The notes under the pieces are model-generated. The model saw nothing but the letters and a program-made list of their open reading frames with translations. It had not been told where the DNA came from and did no database searches. From the NCBI RefSeq assembly GCF_018977255.1, contig NW_024704742.1:137516001-137580000 (forward strand): a stretch of DNA of 64,000 bases, given 5' to 3'. The stretch comes from Callorhinchus milii (lineage: Eukaryota). This document shows, one piece after another, positions 1 through 13,900 of this stretch; the first letter of the stretch is position 1, and each line of letters opens with the position of its first letter. A program made the translations under genes and the position numbers.

Positions 1-311
1 TGTTGACACATTTATGGGTTCCTGTATTCTATGGTCTCACTGCTGTGTCGGCGGTTTGAGTTATGACTTTGGGAGAAATTGTTCGGGAAATTGTTTGCTG
101 GGAACAGTCACATTTAACCACAAACATAATTAAGTGGGAGGTTAGACAAGCTGTCCTCACATAGAGGGTTGGCTGGTCACACCAGGCTCGCAACAGAGGG
201 GAAGGGGAAGTCTTGTTTTCGCACAAGTGAGAGAATAATTGTCATATTCGAAACAGCAAGTTCATGATCAGCACCAAGTGGTATGTTTTTACACAGGAGG
301 TAATTAATTCT

Positions 312-2271
312 CACAGACATCATCAACCTGTCCCTTCTCACAGACATCATCAACCTGTCCCTCTCCTCTGGCTCTGCTCCCATTCCCCTAAAAACTGCCA
401 CCATCACTTCCACTTTGAAAAAACCCTCCCTTGATGTGTCGCAGCTATCAAGCTACCGGCCCATCTCCAACCTCCCCTTCCTGGCCAAGGTCCTGGAACG
501 AGTTGTCGCCTCCCATCTGCGCTCTTTCCTCTCCAACCATTCACTATTCAAACCCCTTCAGTCGGGTTTCCGTGCTGCCCATAGCACAGAAACTGCCCTG
601 GTCAAGGTCACCAATGACATCCTGACCATCTGCGATCAGGGCTCCATCTGCCTCCTCGTCCTCCTCGACCTATCGCCTGCAGTTGATACGGTCGACCACG
701 ATATCCTCCTCCACCGCTTGTCCTCACACCTCAACCTTCAAGGCCCTGTCCTTGAGTGGAGTCCTACAGCTCAGTGGTTAGAGCACTCGCTTTGCAAGCG
801 AGAGACCTGAGTTCAATTCCAGGCAGAGGGCGAAACCTTGGGCAAGTTTCCTTACTCCACACAGAGCCTAATAATAATCCCTCCAAAACCTACGACTGTT
901 TGTGGGACATTGTTGTGCGCAATTGGCTGCCGCATTCGCCCACAAATATAGTCAATTCACTTTACAGTGTGTTCTGTGAAGCGCTTTGGGATGTCCTCCC
1001 GACGTGAAAAGCGCTATATCAAATGCAAGGATTATTATTATTATTATTATTATTATTACCTCTCCCACCGTCTACATTTTGTTTCCACACACGGTTTTTC
1101 CTCCGGCCCCCGCACTGTCTCGTGCGGTGTCCCTCAGGGCTCTGTCCTCGGTCCCCTCCTCTTCACCCTCTATATGCTCCCCCTGTGGTGACATCATCCG
1201 CAGACATGGGGTTCACTTCCACATGTATGCAGATGACACCCAACTCTACCTTTCCTCCTCTACCCTCAACTCCACGACCCCCGATGTCCTGACAGCTGTC
1301 TGTCCGACATCGAGTCCTGGATGAGAGACAACTTTCTTCAGCTCAACGTGCGCAAAACGGAGGACCTCCTGATTGGCTCACGTCAGCGCCTCCGCACCTC
1401 AGGCGCCGACACCATCAGCATCCAAGGCCACACTCTCCACCTCTCAAAGCCGGTCAGGAACCTCGGGGTTCTGTTCGACCCTGAGCTGTCCTTTCTCCCT
1501 CATATCCGCGCCACAACTGGCACTGCCTTCCATCACCTCCGGAATATCGCCAGACTACGGCACTACCTCACCCCTCACGCTGCTGAAACTCTGGTCCACA
1601 CCTTTATCAGCTCAAGGCCGGACTATGGGAACTCTCTCCTCGCCGGCCTTCCCGCCACCTCCCTCCACACTGCAGGTCATTCAGAACTCTGCAGCTCGTG
1701 TACTGTCCCGCACCAGACACCGCGCCCACATCACTCCCACCCTCGCTCGCCTCCACTGGCTCCCCATCCCCCAGAGGATCGAATTCAAGATCCTCATCCT
1801 CACCTACAAGGCCATTCACGGCCGCGCTCCCTCCTACCTCTCCAACCTACTATCCCCCTACTTATCTGCCCGTACCCTCTGTTCCTCTGGCTCCGGTCTG
1901 CTCCACATCCCCCGCCCCAACCGCCCTACTATCGGTGGCCTTCAGCCTCTCAGCCCCGAGGCTCTGGAACTCCATCCCCCAGTGCCTTCGCCGCCTCCTC
2001 CCTTTCCTCCTTCAAGGCCGGTCTCAAGACCTTTCTCTTTGACCGCGCCTTCAGCTCCCCTCTCGACTCTCTACCCCCTCCTCGCTCCCTCCCTTCCCTC
2101 CCCTCACCCTGACCATTTCACCCCTCCTCGCCTCCTCCCTTCCCTCCCCTCACCCTGACCATTTCCCCCCAATGCTCGGGTCCTGACCCAACTGTCCAGC
2201 GCCTTGGGACGTCCTCCTGACGTGAAAGGCGCTCTATAAATGAAATCTTGTTCTTGTTGTTGTTGTTGTTG
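312..2271 (+). mobile_element. L2-clade LINE, 5'-truncated (RT through 3' tail), interrupted by a SINE at 758-1058
   Basis: [54 protein letters not shown] across frameshifted ORFs; (TTG)n tail. Confidence 0.93.
758..1058 (+). mobile_element. Young tRNA-head CORE-type SINE with L2-like 3' end and (ATT)n tail
   Basis: A-box/B-box head, ACCTTGGGCAAGTT core motif; near-identical to the other listed copies. Confidence 0.9.
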
Positions 2272-5200
2272 AACCGTGTATCCCATTTAATTAAAAAATA
2301 ATCCTTGCATTTGATATAGAGCCTAATCCCCTACCAACCCGCTCGCTCCCTCCGCTCAGCTGGCTCCGGCCTGCGCCATGTCTCCACCCCACCATTGGCG
2401 TGAGAGCCTTCATAGATTCATAGAATGTTACGTCACAGAAGGAGGCCATTCGGCCCATTGAGTCTGTGCCAGCTCTTCCCCCAACCTCTGGAATTCCATA
2501 CCCCAATCACTCCCCTCCTTAGCCTCCTTGAAGTCCCGCCTCAAAACCCTCCTCTTCGACCATGCCATCGGTCACCCCCTTCTCCTACACTCCCTTCTCC
2601 CCCTCTGACCCCAGCTCGGGTCTGAAATTCTGTACACTGTCCAGCGCCGACGTGAAAGGCGCTATACAAATATAATCTTGTTGTTGTTGTTATCATGTCT
2701 TCGAGACATCTCAAAGTGCTTCACAGAATATTGTAACGTGAATTGACTGTATATTTTGTGGGCGAAACGTGACAGCCAATTGCTCATAGCAATGTCCCAC
2801 AGATGTGGATTGAATTGACCAATTTTTTTTAAGAAGTTATTAACGATCCATCAATCGACTAACAACCAGGTTCCTACTTATTGCTCGTTAAACAGAGGCG
2901 TGTGGAGCAAGAAAACTTGCCCAACATTTCGTTCTGCCCAGGAATCAAACCCAGATCTCTCGCTTGTGAGGCGAGTGCTCTAACCACTGAGCTACAGGAC
3001 TCCACATTTCCATCTGTCTCAGAAATCCATAGGGGAGACATCAGTTGAGCGATTTGAAGGATAGAAGATCTTTGGCGATTGATTTTTGGGGAGTAATAAT
3101 AATAATATAATAATCCTTGCATTTGATATAGCACCTTAGCATGTCATTGAGACGTCTCAAAGTCCTTCACAATATGTACTGTAACTGGAGTGACTGTGTA
3201 TGCTGTGGAAGAAGAGCTGGGTGTTCCAACTGATTAACTGGGCCCAAAACAAACCAGTTAATCATTTACCTCAGCCCTGTATGTGGGCCGCAGCTGGCAC
3301 CGATTAGACAGATTAGCTGCCGCAGTTCAAAGTAAACGCAACCTGTTCCTTATCGCCCAAAGGATTGATCTCCTCTGAGATCTCCTGCAACTCTGCTCCA
3401 TGTCCCTCGCCAAACATCAGCGGTTGAACTTTCAGGTCACTTTTCCTGCTGCTTATTGGAGCTGTCTCCCCAAATCCCTCTGCCTCTTCATGTCCACCCT
3501 GTCTCCCACACTGCTCAGTCTCCAACCTCTATAAAATACTTTTGAGACATTAAATCAGTTGTGGGCCATCAAAAAGTACCTCCTTCACCCCCCGAACATT
3601 GGTCCAAGTCTGTGTTAGATTAGTAGTGAGTTTTCATTTTTTTCTGGATTGAATATGACTTGATTTATGGCCTAAATCAAGAAATATTCAATCAAGAGAA
3701 TTTATAACCATAAAGATTGAGCCAACAATATTCCCTGCGGGTAGGGAAACCTCCCACTCAGTTCCCATTAACCCTACCCTAATTAACTGGGCCCAAAACC
3801 TGATGGGTAGGGTGGTCTAATTGGATAAGCAGGAGGAAAGCTTGCCAGACAGTGCTCTCAAAGGTAAGCTATGTGGTTTTAGCTGGTTAGGCTCCAGCAG
3901 TTACCCCAACGCCCACTCTGGGGTCCCCAAGCCTTGGACTATTGTCAATCTGCCAAATTTCCAGAATCAGGTCAGCAGGATGTGTCCCTCCCGGGAGAGA
4001 GAGCACATTCCATTCCAACAATCTTTCCCTGGGATTTCCATGTGTAGGTGGGATACATGGAATTCTCAGTTTGGTTTAGATAGTCTTAAGCACCGTGATG
4101 GGTGTCCGCACGTGTCAAAACCTGACTGACCAACCCCCCCACCACCCACCCCAAAAATGTGAAAGGCACTGTATAAAAACTGGCGTCTGTTGTACAAAGA
4201 GCTTTGGGATGTCCTAACATGCTAAGTCGATGACCCGAGATGAGTCTTGTTGATTCTGTTCAGCTGTTGGGAGTGTGTGTCCTTCTTTGCACAATGAATC
4301 GCTTTGTATCACCGCTAAAGGAAGGACTCCAGGCTCAAAAGTAAAGAAACTCAAACACATCTCCCGCTGATTTACTGATGCCAAATATTTCTGATAAGTT
4401 ACTGTGAGATTCCATTTCCCCCATTGCTGGCTCATGTCGAGCCAGCTCCCAGCTCCCAACTTCCCAGCTCCACCTTCTACATGTTCTAACTAATCCAGTC
4501 TCCACAGCCTGTAACACAACATAATAATAATCCTTGCAATTGATATAGCGTCTTATTGTGTCGTTAAGACGTCTCAAAGGGCTTCCCTGTGAAATGACTG
4601 TATATTTTGTGGGCGAAACCTGACAGCAGTGTCCCACAAACAGTCGTGGATTGAGTGACCGAATTATTATATTTTTAAAAATAAATATTTTGAAGGCAGT
4701 ATTACTCTTCGTGGGGAGCGAGCACCAGCACAGATCACTGGACTCAATAACTTCCTCGGGGCTGTAAATGAATTGTGATTCTTTCTCAATCTCTGTTTTA
4801 CAACAATATAGCCAACAATTGTCATTAACATGAATTTGTTCAGGAACCGGTAAGGAAAGGCCTTTAATTCTGAATTATGTATCAAGGAACTCAAGGGTTC
4901 TTTCTCAATCTCTCTGTTTTAGTGGAGTTCTGTAGCTCAGTGGTTAGAGCACTCGCCTGTCAAGTGAGAGGTCTTGGTTTGATTTCCGGCAGGGTGAAAC
5001 CTTGGGCCAGTTTCCTTACTCCACACGCCTGATAATAATCCCTCAAGAAAAAAATAATAATTTGGTCACTCAATCCACGACTGTTTGTGGGACGCTGCTG
5101 TGCGCAATTGGCTGCCGCGTTTCGCCCACAAATATACAGTCAATTCACTTTACGGTCTATTCTGTGAAGCGCCTTGAGACGTCGAGAAGACGTGAAAAGC

Positions 5201-8200
5201 GCTATATCAAATGCAAGGATTATTATTATACAAAAGTTTAAGTAAGAATTGTCATGAGCAGGAATGTGTTCTTGAATTGGGAAAGAACATTCTTTCTGAA
5301 CCACAGCCTCTTGCTCTTTGCAAACTCACAGCTATTTCTACCTTGTGGTCACTCACCCTCTCAGTAATAATAATTGTTTCATTCAATACAACCTCTGTAA
5401 AGTCCAGACATCAATGGCAAGCTATGTGATTTTAGCTGATTAAACTCCAGCTGTTAGCCCAATGGACACCCTGGGGTCCCAAGCCTTAGCTCTTGCAAAC
5501 CTGTACCTAATACCCTCCGGAATTAGGTAAACTGGATGCATCCCTCCAGGGAGAGAGTGCCTCAGAGGCGAGAGCTTTCCCGCTGATGGCACAGAGCTAC
5601 GATTGCAGATTTTGTTTTGTTTTTCTGTAAAACAATGGATAAAAACTTGGCTTCTCATCACTAAAATATTTCTGCAACCATACAGTAATCTTAACAGTGG
5701 CAAAGGGATACTATGATGAGGAGGTGAGAGCCAATGATTGAGCAAACTTTAGTCTGCATGTGAATACAGCACTTATTCGTGGCTTCCCTTCTCATTCCCA
5801 ACTTCCTGATTTCTAACCGGTGTCTTCCTCGCATGCTCGACCACAGAAGAGGAAGGCAAAGAAGGCTGAATGGTGCTCATTGTGGGATGAGTCAGATGAA
5901 TGCGCGTGTTCCTCATGCCTGGGGGTTGTCAGCCTGTGCTCTACAAAGAATGAACCCCAAACCACACTCGATTGAAAATGCAGATCAAGTCTAGCCAGGA
6001 AATAAAATCTCTCCAATGCTGTACACAGTATAGTTTGTGCGTCAGCCTGGCGCGATCGTAGCACTCTAACCTCTGAGTCAGAAGATTCAAGCCCCAAGTT
6101 GGGACTTATATTGTGGAGTCCCATAGCGTAGTGGTCAGCGCACTCGCCTCGCAAGCGAGAGGACCCGGGTTCGATTCCCGGGTGGGGCGAAACGTTACTC
6201 CACATGCCTCTGTTTACCTGGCAGTAAGTAGGAATCCGGTTGTTAGTCATTTGGTGGATCGCTTTCCGAGGGTATTAATCGCTTAAAAAAATATATAACT
6301 AAATTAATAATTTGGTCACTCACCTACTTCATGGCTGTTACTGTCCGCAAATTGGTTGCTATGTTTGCCTACAAAACACACAGCTACAACACTTTAGAGA
6401 AGCTCTTTGAGATGTTATCCTGTGTGGAAGCGTGGTGCTGTATCTTTGCAGAAATATTATAGTTATGAGGAACCAAGATTTTATCCGTTGTTTTACAAAA
6501 CAAAACAAAACCTGCAATCATCGCTCTGTATCATCAATACTCATGGCAAATTGCCCTTCTCTTCTCTTCAGATCCTTAAACAGTTACTTTCCAGCTGGCT
6601 CTGACTGGCTGTTTGCCCCACCATTGGCGGTCAGGCCTTCAGCCTTCCCCACCTCGCTTTGGAGCTCCATTCTCCAGTCCCTTTGCCTTGCCCCCTCCTT
6701 TGCCTCCTTCAAGGTCCATCTCTTCGTCCATGCCTTAGGTCACCCACCTACCCCTACCCTCTCTGCCCTCCACCCTTCCTTATCTCACCTCCACCTCGGG
6801 TCCAAATCCCTGACTGTCCAGCACCTTGGATCTTCCTCCAGAGGTGAAAGGCGCTATGTAAATGTAATGTGTTGTTGTTGTTGGTGTCAGTCCAGGGGCA
6901 GACTGGCTGGATGAATGGGAATTCGATGTTGGAGGTGCCGTCCTTCGGTTGAGACGTTAAGAGCCAGGTCCTAGCTGTGCCTGTTCAGGTGGATGTTAGA
7001 GATCTCCTGCGGTGGGAAGGAGAAGGAAGGCAATTTCTCTATCTGGTGTCCTAGCCTAGAATGACCCAGATGTAATAGTTTGTTCACTTCACGGCTGCTT
7101 GCGAGTTGATGCTTGTTACAAATTGGCTGCTGCCTTTTCTTACAATTCCACGGTCATTGAATATGACAGCAATTAACCGTGAAGCACATTCCAATGTTGA
7201 AAGTGCTGTAAATCTGCTCAGATTTCAGTCTGCCTCAATTATTATTTGTAAATGTGTTCAATGTTCCAACATGATAATCATCAAGTTTTTCCAACTGATG
7301 TTATTGTGGGCCTGAAGGGAGACTGGGATCATAGGGAGTCCTGTAGTCTAGTAGTTAACACTCTCAACTCATAAGTTCAATTCCCGGGGGGGGGGGGGGG
7401 GGAGGGGGGTGCAAAACCTTAAGCAAGTTTTCTTACTCCAAACGCCTCTGTTTACCTAACAGTAAGTAGGAACCTGGTTGTTAGTCGGATCAACTGATCA
7501 CTTTCCTGGGATAATAATCCCTTTTTTAAAAAAAATAATTTGGGCATTCAGTCCACGACTGTTTGTGGGACACTGCTGTATGCTATTGCCTCCTGCATTT
7601 CTCCCACAAAATACACAATGAATCCACTTTGCAGTATATTCTGTGACGTGCTTGGTGACATCTCAACAACGCGATAAGGTGCTATATCAAATGCAAGAAT
7701 TATTATTATTATAAACATAGAGGGGAAATGTATCATTCTCTGCTACAAACCGGAATTGAGTTGGAGTTTGTCAATGCTTCTGAAAGGGAATTGGATAGAG
7801 GCATGAAGAGAAGGAATATTACTGGATGTGGGGGAGGGTTTGGTGGGAGTGGGGGGAGTGGATTCAGATTGGGCAGCTCACTCACCCGTGTGGACTTGAT
7901 GGGCTGAACTGTCCTGGAATATCTGAAGATATTACAAATTTGCCCCAGGCACTGATGATCATTCTGAGGATAACTAACCACATTGTGTCTACATTCCTGA
8001 TCGCTGATTACCTGCGTTCTCCAAGACTGCATGTCTATGTTACTAATCGCTAAAACAGCCCATGGCTAATTGTTTGTAAGATAACAACAACAGCAACTTG
8101 TGTTGGGTGGGAAGGTAAGAACAGTCGAAGAGGAACGTTTTCAGGTCGGACTTGAAAAAGGGGAGAGAGTGGGCAAAGCAGAGGATTTGAGGGATAGTGT

Positions 8201-10061
8201 CCCAGAGCTTTGGGGTGCAGTGGTTGAAAGCGCGACCTCCGATGGTGGGGCGCAGGGTGCGAGGGACGAGCAGGAGCCGGCGCCAGTCGAGCGGAGGTGC
8301 CGGGTGTTGGACTGGGGAGTGAGGAGGTCGGAGAGGGAGGGAGGTGTCAGAGAGTGAAGGGATTTGAACACGAGAGTGAGGATCTTGAAGTCGATCCGTT
8401 CGGTGATGGGGAGCCAGTGGAGCCTGGGCCAGAACTGGTGAGATGTGGGGACGGAGTTTGGTTGGGGTCGGTCAGTATGTGGGCGGCAGGGTTCTGAATG
8501 AGCTGGATCTTGTGAAGAGTGGAGCTGGGGAGACCGGTGAGGAGTGCACTGGAGTAATCCAAGCTCCCTCCCTTTCTTCCCATCACCCTGACCGTTTCCC
8601 CCCTGCTCGGGTCCTGACCCAACTGTCCAGCGCCTTGGGACGTCCTCCCGACGTGAAAGGCGCTCTATAAATGGAATCTTGTTGTTGTTGTTGTTGTTGA
8701 GGTGACAACTAGTCTGCTTCAGGACTTCACGCTTGCGAGGCGAGGGCGCTAACCACTTCACTACGGGACTCTACAGGACAATGTGGCGAATCGTTGGCCT
8801 GGACACCAGGAGAAACTCCCATCTCGTTTCTTGTCAGCGCAGCAGGATCTTCAAGGTCCTCCTGAACATCCAATGTTACATCCAAATGACGGTGTCTCTG
8901 GCACTGTGCTGGAGCATCAGTCTGGAATGTGAGCTCAAAGTCCCCGACGTGGAATGCCTCCTGCTATCTTTGACCAATAATCTTCCTGATCCATCAGTTG
9001 TTCACCTTGTGGCTGTGTACGGAAAGTTGCTGTGTGCAAAAAGGCTACTGAGCTCACCTCCCGCCCGCTCAAATACCCAGTCAGTACTCGAGACAGTAAA
9101 TCTGCTTTGAGATGTGTGGATGTGGCAGTCACTGAATGAACTGAGTCCTTGCTTTGTCTTAATCCAGGATATCTCTAGTCCAAACCTGCGATGATTGTTG
9201 GTGACTCAATGAAATGTTTCGCTTGTGATCAGAAGGCAATTGTTATGTGTCAGTCTGGGGCGCAGTCAGTTGCGTTCTCATCTCTGAGTTACAAGTTTGC
9301 GGGTTCAAACCCCCACTTTAGGGACTTTGAGCTGACAGTTGAGCCTGACGCTCCAGCGCAGGGTACATCTAGGCTTGACTACGCCAACTCTCGTGGGCTT
9401 GTGGGCCTCCCCAACTCTCCCCTCCACAAGCTGCATATCATTCATTAACCCTGCAGCTTGGGTCCTCTCCTGCACCAATGCTCCGTGACCCTATGATTCC
9501 CAATCCTTGCCCGACTCCACTGGCTCCGCATTCCCCAGAGGATAGCGTTCAAAATCCTTGTCCTCCCTTTCAAGGCCCTCCAAAGCCTTGGTCCTCCCTG
9601 CCTCTGTGACCTGTTATCCCCTTAACAATCTGTCTCCACTCGGCAGACTCTGGCCTGCTCCATGTTCCCCGCTCAATCTGCCCCACAATCGGCGGTCGGG
9701 CCTTCAGAATCTTTGCCCTCACCTTCAGAGCTCCATCCCACATTCCCTTTGCCTTGCTCCCTTCCTTGCCTCCTTTAAGGCACATCTCAAGTCCCTCCTC
9801 TTTGACTGGGCCTTCAGTTACCCTCCTACCCCTACCCTCATTACACCTCCGTGCCTCCTGATCCACACCCCCAGTTCGGATCCAAATCTCTGGCTGTCTC
9901 TGCCTTGGGACATCCCGCCAACTGAAAGCCGCTTACTAATCTAATTTGTTGTTGTTGTTGGGTGCAAGAGCTCCGCATTGTCAGAGACATCGTCATTAAA
10001 CTGAGCTCCTGTCTGTGCCTGTTCGGATGGATGTTAAATGTTCCTGCAGCGCTTTTTGAAA

Positions 10062-10347
10062 AGAGTTCAATTCCAGGCAGAGGGCGAAACCTTGGGCAAG
10101 TTTCCTTACTCCACACAGAGCCTAACAATAATCCCTCCAAAACAATACAATAATAATAAATTGGTCAATTTCAATCCACGACTGTTTGTGGGACGGTGTT
10201 ATGCGCAATTGGCTGCCGCGTTCGCCCACAAATATACGGTCAATTCACTTTACAGTCTATTCTGTGAAGCGCTTTGAAATGTCTAGAAGACGTGGAAAGC
10301 GCTATATCAAATGCAAGGATTATTATTATTATTATTATTATTATTAT
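10062..10347 (+). mobile_element. Young SINE, head-truncated, inserted in an old Deu-SINE
   Basis: Same family as 758-1058; the host Deu-SINE resumes at 10348. Confidence 0.88.
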
Positions 10348-10826
10348 AGAAGGGAGTTTCTCTCTCCTGGTGTTCTGGTCTGCAATCACCCAGATAAAAT
10401 TGGTCACTCACTTCACGCTTGTTTGTGGGAAGTTTCCCTCAGTTCAGGGGCATCTTAACTGCAGGGTGTGGGAGGATGACAGCAAGTTCCAGCAAGTTGT
10501 TAAACAAAGTTGTTGGGAGTTTATACGGTTCATTTCCAACAAGGAAGTTGGCATTTTTGTGCTATTTATCACATGAGTGAGTTCCTCTTCAGGAATCTCA
10601 CTCGGGTCCTCTGGCTTGTGAGGCAAATGCTCTAACCACTGCGCTACTTAGAAGGGGTGTGGGGTGGCGGAGAGCAGACCACGAGTGGAGTGGGGTGATA
10701 ATTAGAAAACTAAATGGATGCTTTATAGTACTTTTATGCAAAAGGAAATCCGGCAGTTTATCCTGTGTGAACTAGGTCCGTTATTTCAGCCTTTTGTGGT
10801 GCTAACGTCCCTCTTTGCATTTACAG

Positions 10827-10927
10827 AGCACGGACCTGACCAGCACCAGCGGCTATGATAGCCTTATCCAGCGCATGAATGATGGGAGGAAGAGCTGTAA
10901 AGAGCTGGAAGAATTTATGAAGCAAAG
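10827..10927 (+). CDS. PSTPIP2: PSTPIP2 exon [34 protein letters not shown]
   Basis: ttacag| ... |gtaccc, 101 nt. Confidence 0.93.
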
Positions 10928-13900
10928 GTACCCGTGGCCGAGCCCTCAGTCTCTAGTGGCATCCTGTAGCTTAGTGGTTAGGATGACCGAAGTCCCGGTC
11001 AAAGAGGAAGGTCTTGAGAAGGGCTTTAAAGGAAAGAGGGGAGGGGGTGAGGTGGAGGGGTTCTGGGTTGGAGTTCCCAAGGGTATGGGCAAAAAGGCTG
11101 AAGGCCCGACTGCTCTAAATTATTAATCTGGGTTTATTTTTCAATCCCATTTAAAATGTCAAGCATCCCTAGGAGATCCCCACTGAGTCGTCTTCTCTCA
11201 AGACTGAAGAGCCTGAGCTTGTTTAATCGTTGCTCACACCTCGCTCCTCTAAGACTGGGGGATCAGCCTCGTTGCTCTCCTCCGCAGTCTCTGCGATCTG
11301 GGCAGCCCCTTTATTTCACGGTGGCCATAATTATTTTAGCATTCAAGGTGTGGCCTCACCGGCCCGACGTGCAGCCTGAGTATGTTGTCTGAGATCTAAG
11401 CTTAACTGCTTGGTTTGGATACTCTTAAACATGGTGATGGGTTCTCACGTGTCAGACTTGTGAGAGCAAAAAAAAAACCCAGCTGATTTAGTAATAAAAC
11501 ACAACATCCTGTTTGCCTTGTTTGTTGCTGCCTCATATTATTTAAACGTAATGAACCAACACCCCTCAGTCTCTGTCTGACTGCTTCCTGCTTGGCAAGT
11601 TCACTCTCAGCGCTTGTGATTTCTATTCTCACTTCCTTGTAACTTGCATTGATCTGTATTGAACTTTATTTGCCAGTTATCTCTCTGCAAAGCTCTCCAG
11701 TAGGACCTTTGCTACTTTCTCTGATTCTACAGTTGCCCCCAAATCAGTGTCATCTCTGAATGCAAGTATTATTATTATTATTATTAATGCAACTATCTTA
11801 CATTGTGTCTGCGAATCCAGGTCATAATAAATAATAATAATCCATGAGACGTCTCAAAGCGCTTCACAGAATATCCTGTAAAGTGAATCGACTGTGTAGT
11901 TGTGGGCGAAATTGATGTATACGTGTATATCCCCCGCGCCCCCTCCCCCCGTTACTCAGTGTCCGTGCCGTACCTCGTGAATCACTTGCTTGCTTCCCCG
12001 CACTTCCCCCAACCCCCCCACCACCCCCCCCCGTATGATTCTCAATGGAGGAACGAAAGGATTGGAAGATAATAATAATAATCCTTGCAATTGACGTAGC
12101 AACTTATCACATTGATGAGACGTCTTAAAGAGCTTAACAGAATACACCGTGAAGTGGATTGACTGTTTATCGTGTGGGAGAAACACATAGGGTTTGTGTA
12201 AAGTGGTATCGCAGGTGGAGACGTTAAACCGAGGTCGGGTCTGTGCCTGTTCAGGAGGACGTTAAAGATCCCGCAACACTGCTTGAAAAGAGAAGGGAGT
12301 CTCTCTCTCCCCGTGTCCTGGCTGACAATACCCCAAATAAAATTGGTCACTCACCTCGTGGCTGTTTGCGGGAACATTGCTGTGCGTAACTTCGCTGCCA
12401 CTTTTGCCTACAAATACACAGTCACTACACATGACACTGCTCTGCGCGTCGATGTCTATAGCAGCATATCGAGGGATATGGAGCAAAGGCAGGTAAATGG
12501 AGTTCAGGTACAGATCAGCCCTGATGTAATAGAATGGTGGAATGGTTAATTATTATTGCATTGACTTTAAAAGAAAGGAAGTGGCGGTGAATTGATATAA
12601 ATCTGTGGTCGGCCACAAATGGAAAATAAGGGAAGTTTTGGTGCCAAAATACGGACGGGGTATCAAGGTGCTATCGTGATAAATAATAATAATAATAATA
12701 ATAATCTTTGCATTTGATATAGCGCATTTCACGTCGGGAGGACGTCCCAAAGCGCTTCACAGAACACACTGTAAAGTGAATTGACTGTACATTTGTGGAC
12801 GAACGCGGCAGCCAATTGCGCACAGCAATGTCCCACAAACAGTCGTAGATTAAAAATGACCAATTTATTATTGTTTTTGGTTTTGGAGGATTATTATTAG
12901 GCTCTGTGTGGAGTAAGGAAACTTGCCCAAGGTTTCGCCCTCTGCCTGGAATTGAACTCAGGTCTCTCACTTGCAAAGCGAGTGCTCTAACCACTGAGCT
13001 ACAGGACTCCATGTACACAAACACTTATAAAAATATTTTTGAGATACAAAATATTATCCAGAAGGCTAACCACATAAATGTTGGTTACCCATCTCAAGGA
13101 GCAACTGATATATATTATAAAACAGCGGCAATGATTTGGATACAACAGATCACATTGTGGAACGACTTTCAGGTCCGGAGGACGTCACAGACTCGGTGGA
13201 ATCAGCTTCACGGAGCTGGCCTGCACAGCCAACTTTCCACCTGCTGTGTCTGAGTCGCATTGTCCATGCTCCTGGACAGGGGTACTTATTGACTCCTTGT
13301 TGAACCTGGAAACATTATCTGAATAAATCTTGGCAATCTTGCTCAATACCAGTACCACGAACAATATCAGGAACATGACAGGCACCAACACTATCACAAG
13401 AACATGTTGATTCTGTGAGCAAACTGTGTCTGATTTGTTGGTTCCAGGCGAAATAAAGAGGACCCAGCAGAAATTGACGGGTACTGGAGCAGAAAGGGGA
13501 GGAAAGGGGAAAGGGTTTAGAGGGAACGGGGAAAGAGTATTGAATTAGGAATAAGATGGACCGCTTCTTGGAAGAGCAAATACAGACACAAAGTAATGGA
13601 GCCAAAGGCCGCCTAAGGTGTCCTACATTTCTACAATTCGTTGTTTTTACATTATATCTTGATATTTTTGGTCGGCCGGGTGTCTGACAGGTGCGGAAAC
13701 CCATCACCGTTGCATAAGAACAAGTCAAACTTGAGAATTCCCTGCATCCCACCTACACATGGAAATCCCGGAGATAGATTGTTGGAATGGAATACGCCTT
13801 GGAGCTCTCTCTCTCTCTCGCTCGCCTTGGAAGGATGCATCCTACTTACCTAATCCCGGAGAGTATTAGGCCCTGGTTGGCAAGAGCCAAGGTTTGGGCA

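Noticed and set aside
3313-3525. 70-aa minus-strand ORF that looks protein-like
   Set aside because: The plus strand matches a diverged L2 3' region; no splice sites or family motif.
4830-4856. Candidate PSTPIP2 first exon (ATG AAT TTG TTC AGG AAC CG|gtaagg); also the gtgagt donor near 10577
   Set aside because: Wrong phase or an in-frame stop for joining the phase-0 exon at 10827, and no FW ending; exon 1 is left unassigned.
5815-5975. Frame reading PQKRKAKKAEWCSLWDESDECAC...*, near AATAAA at 6001, as the last exon of an upstream gene
   Set aside because: No recognisable homology and no partner exons; not supportable from the sequence alone.
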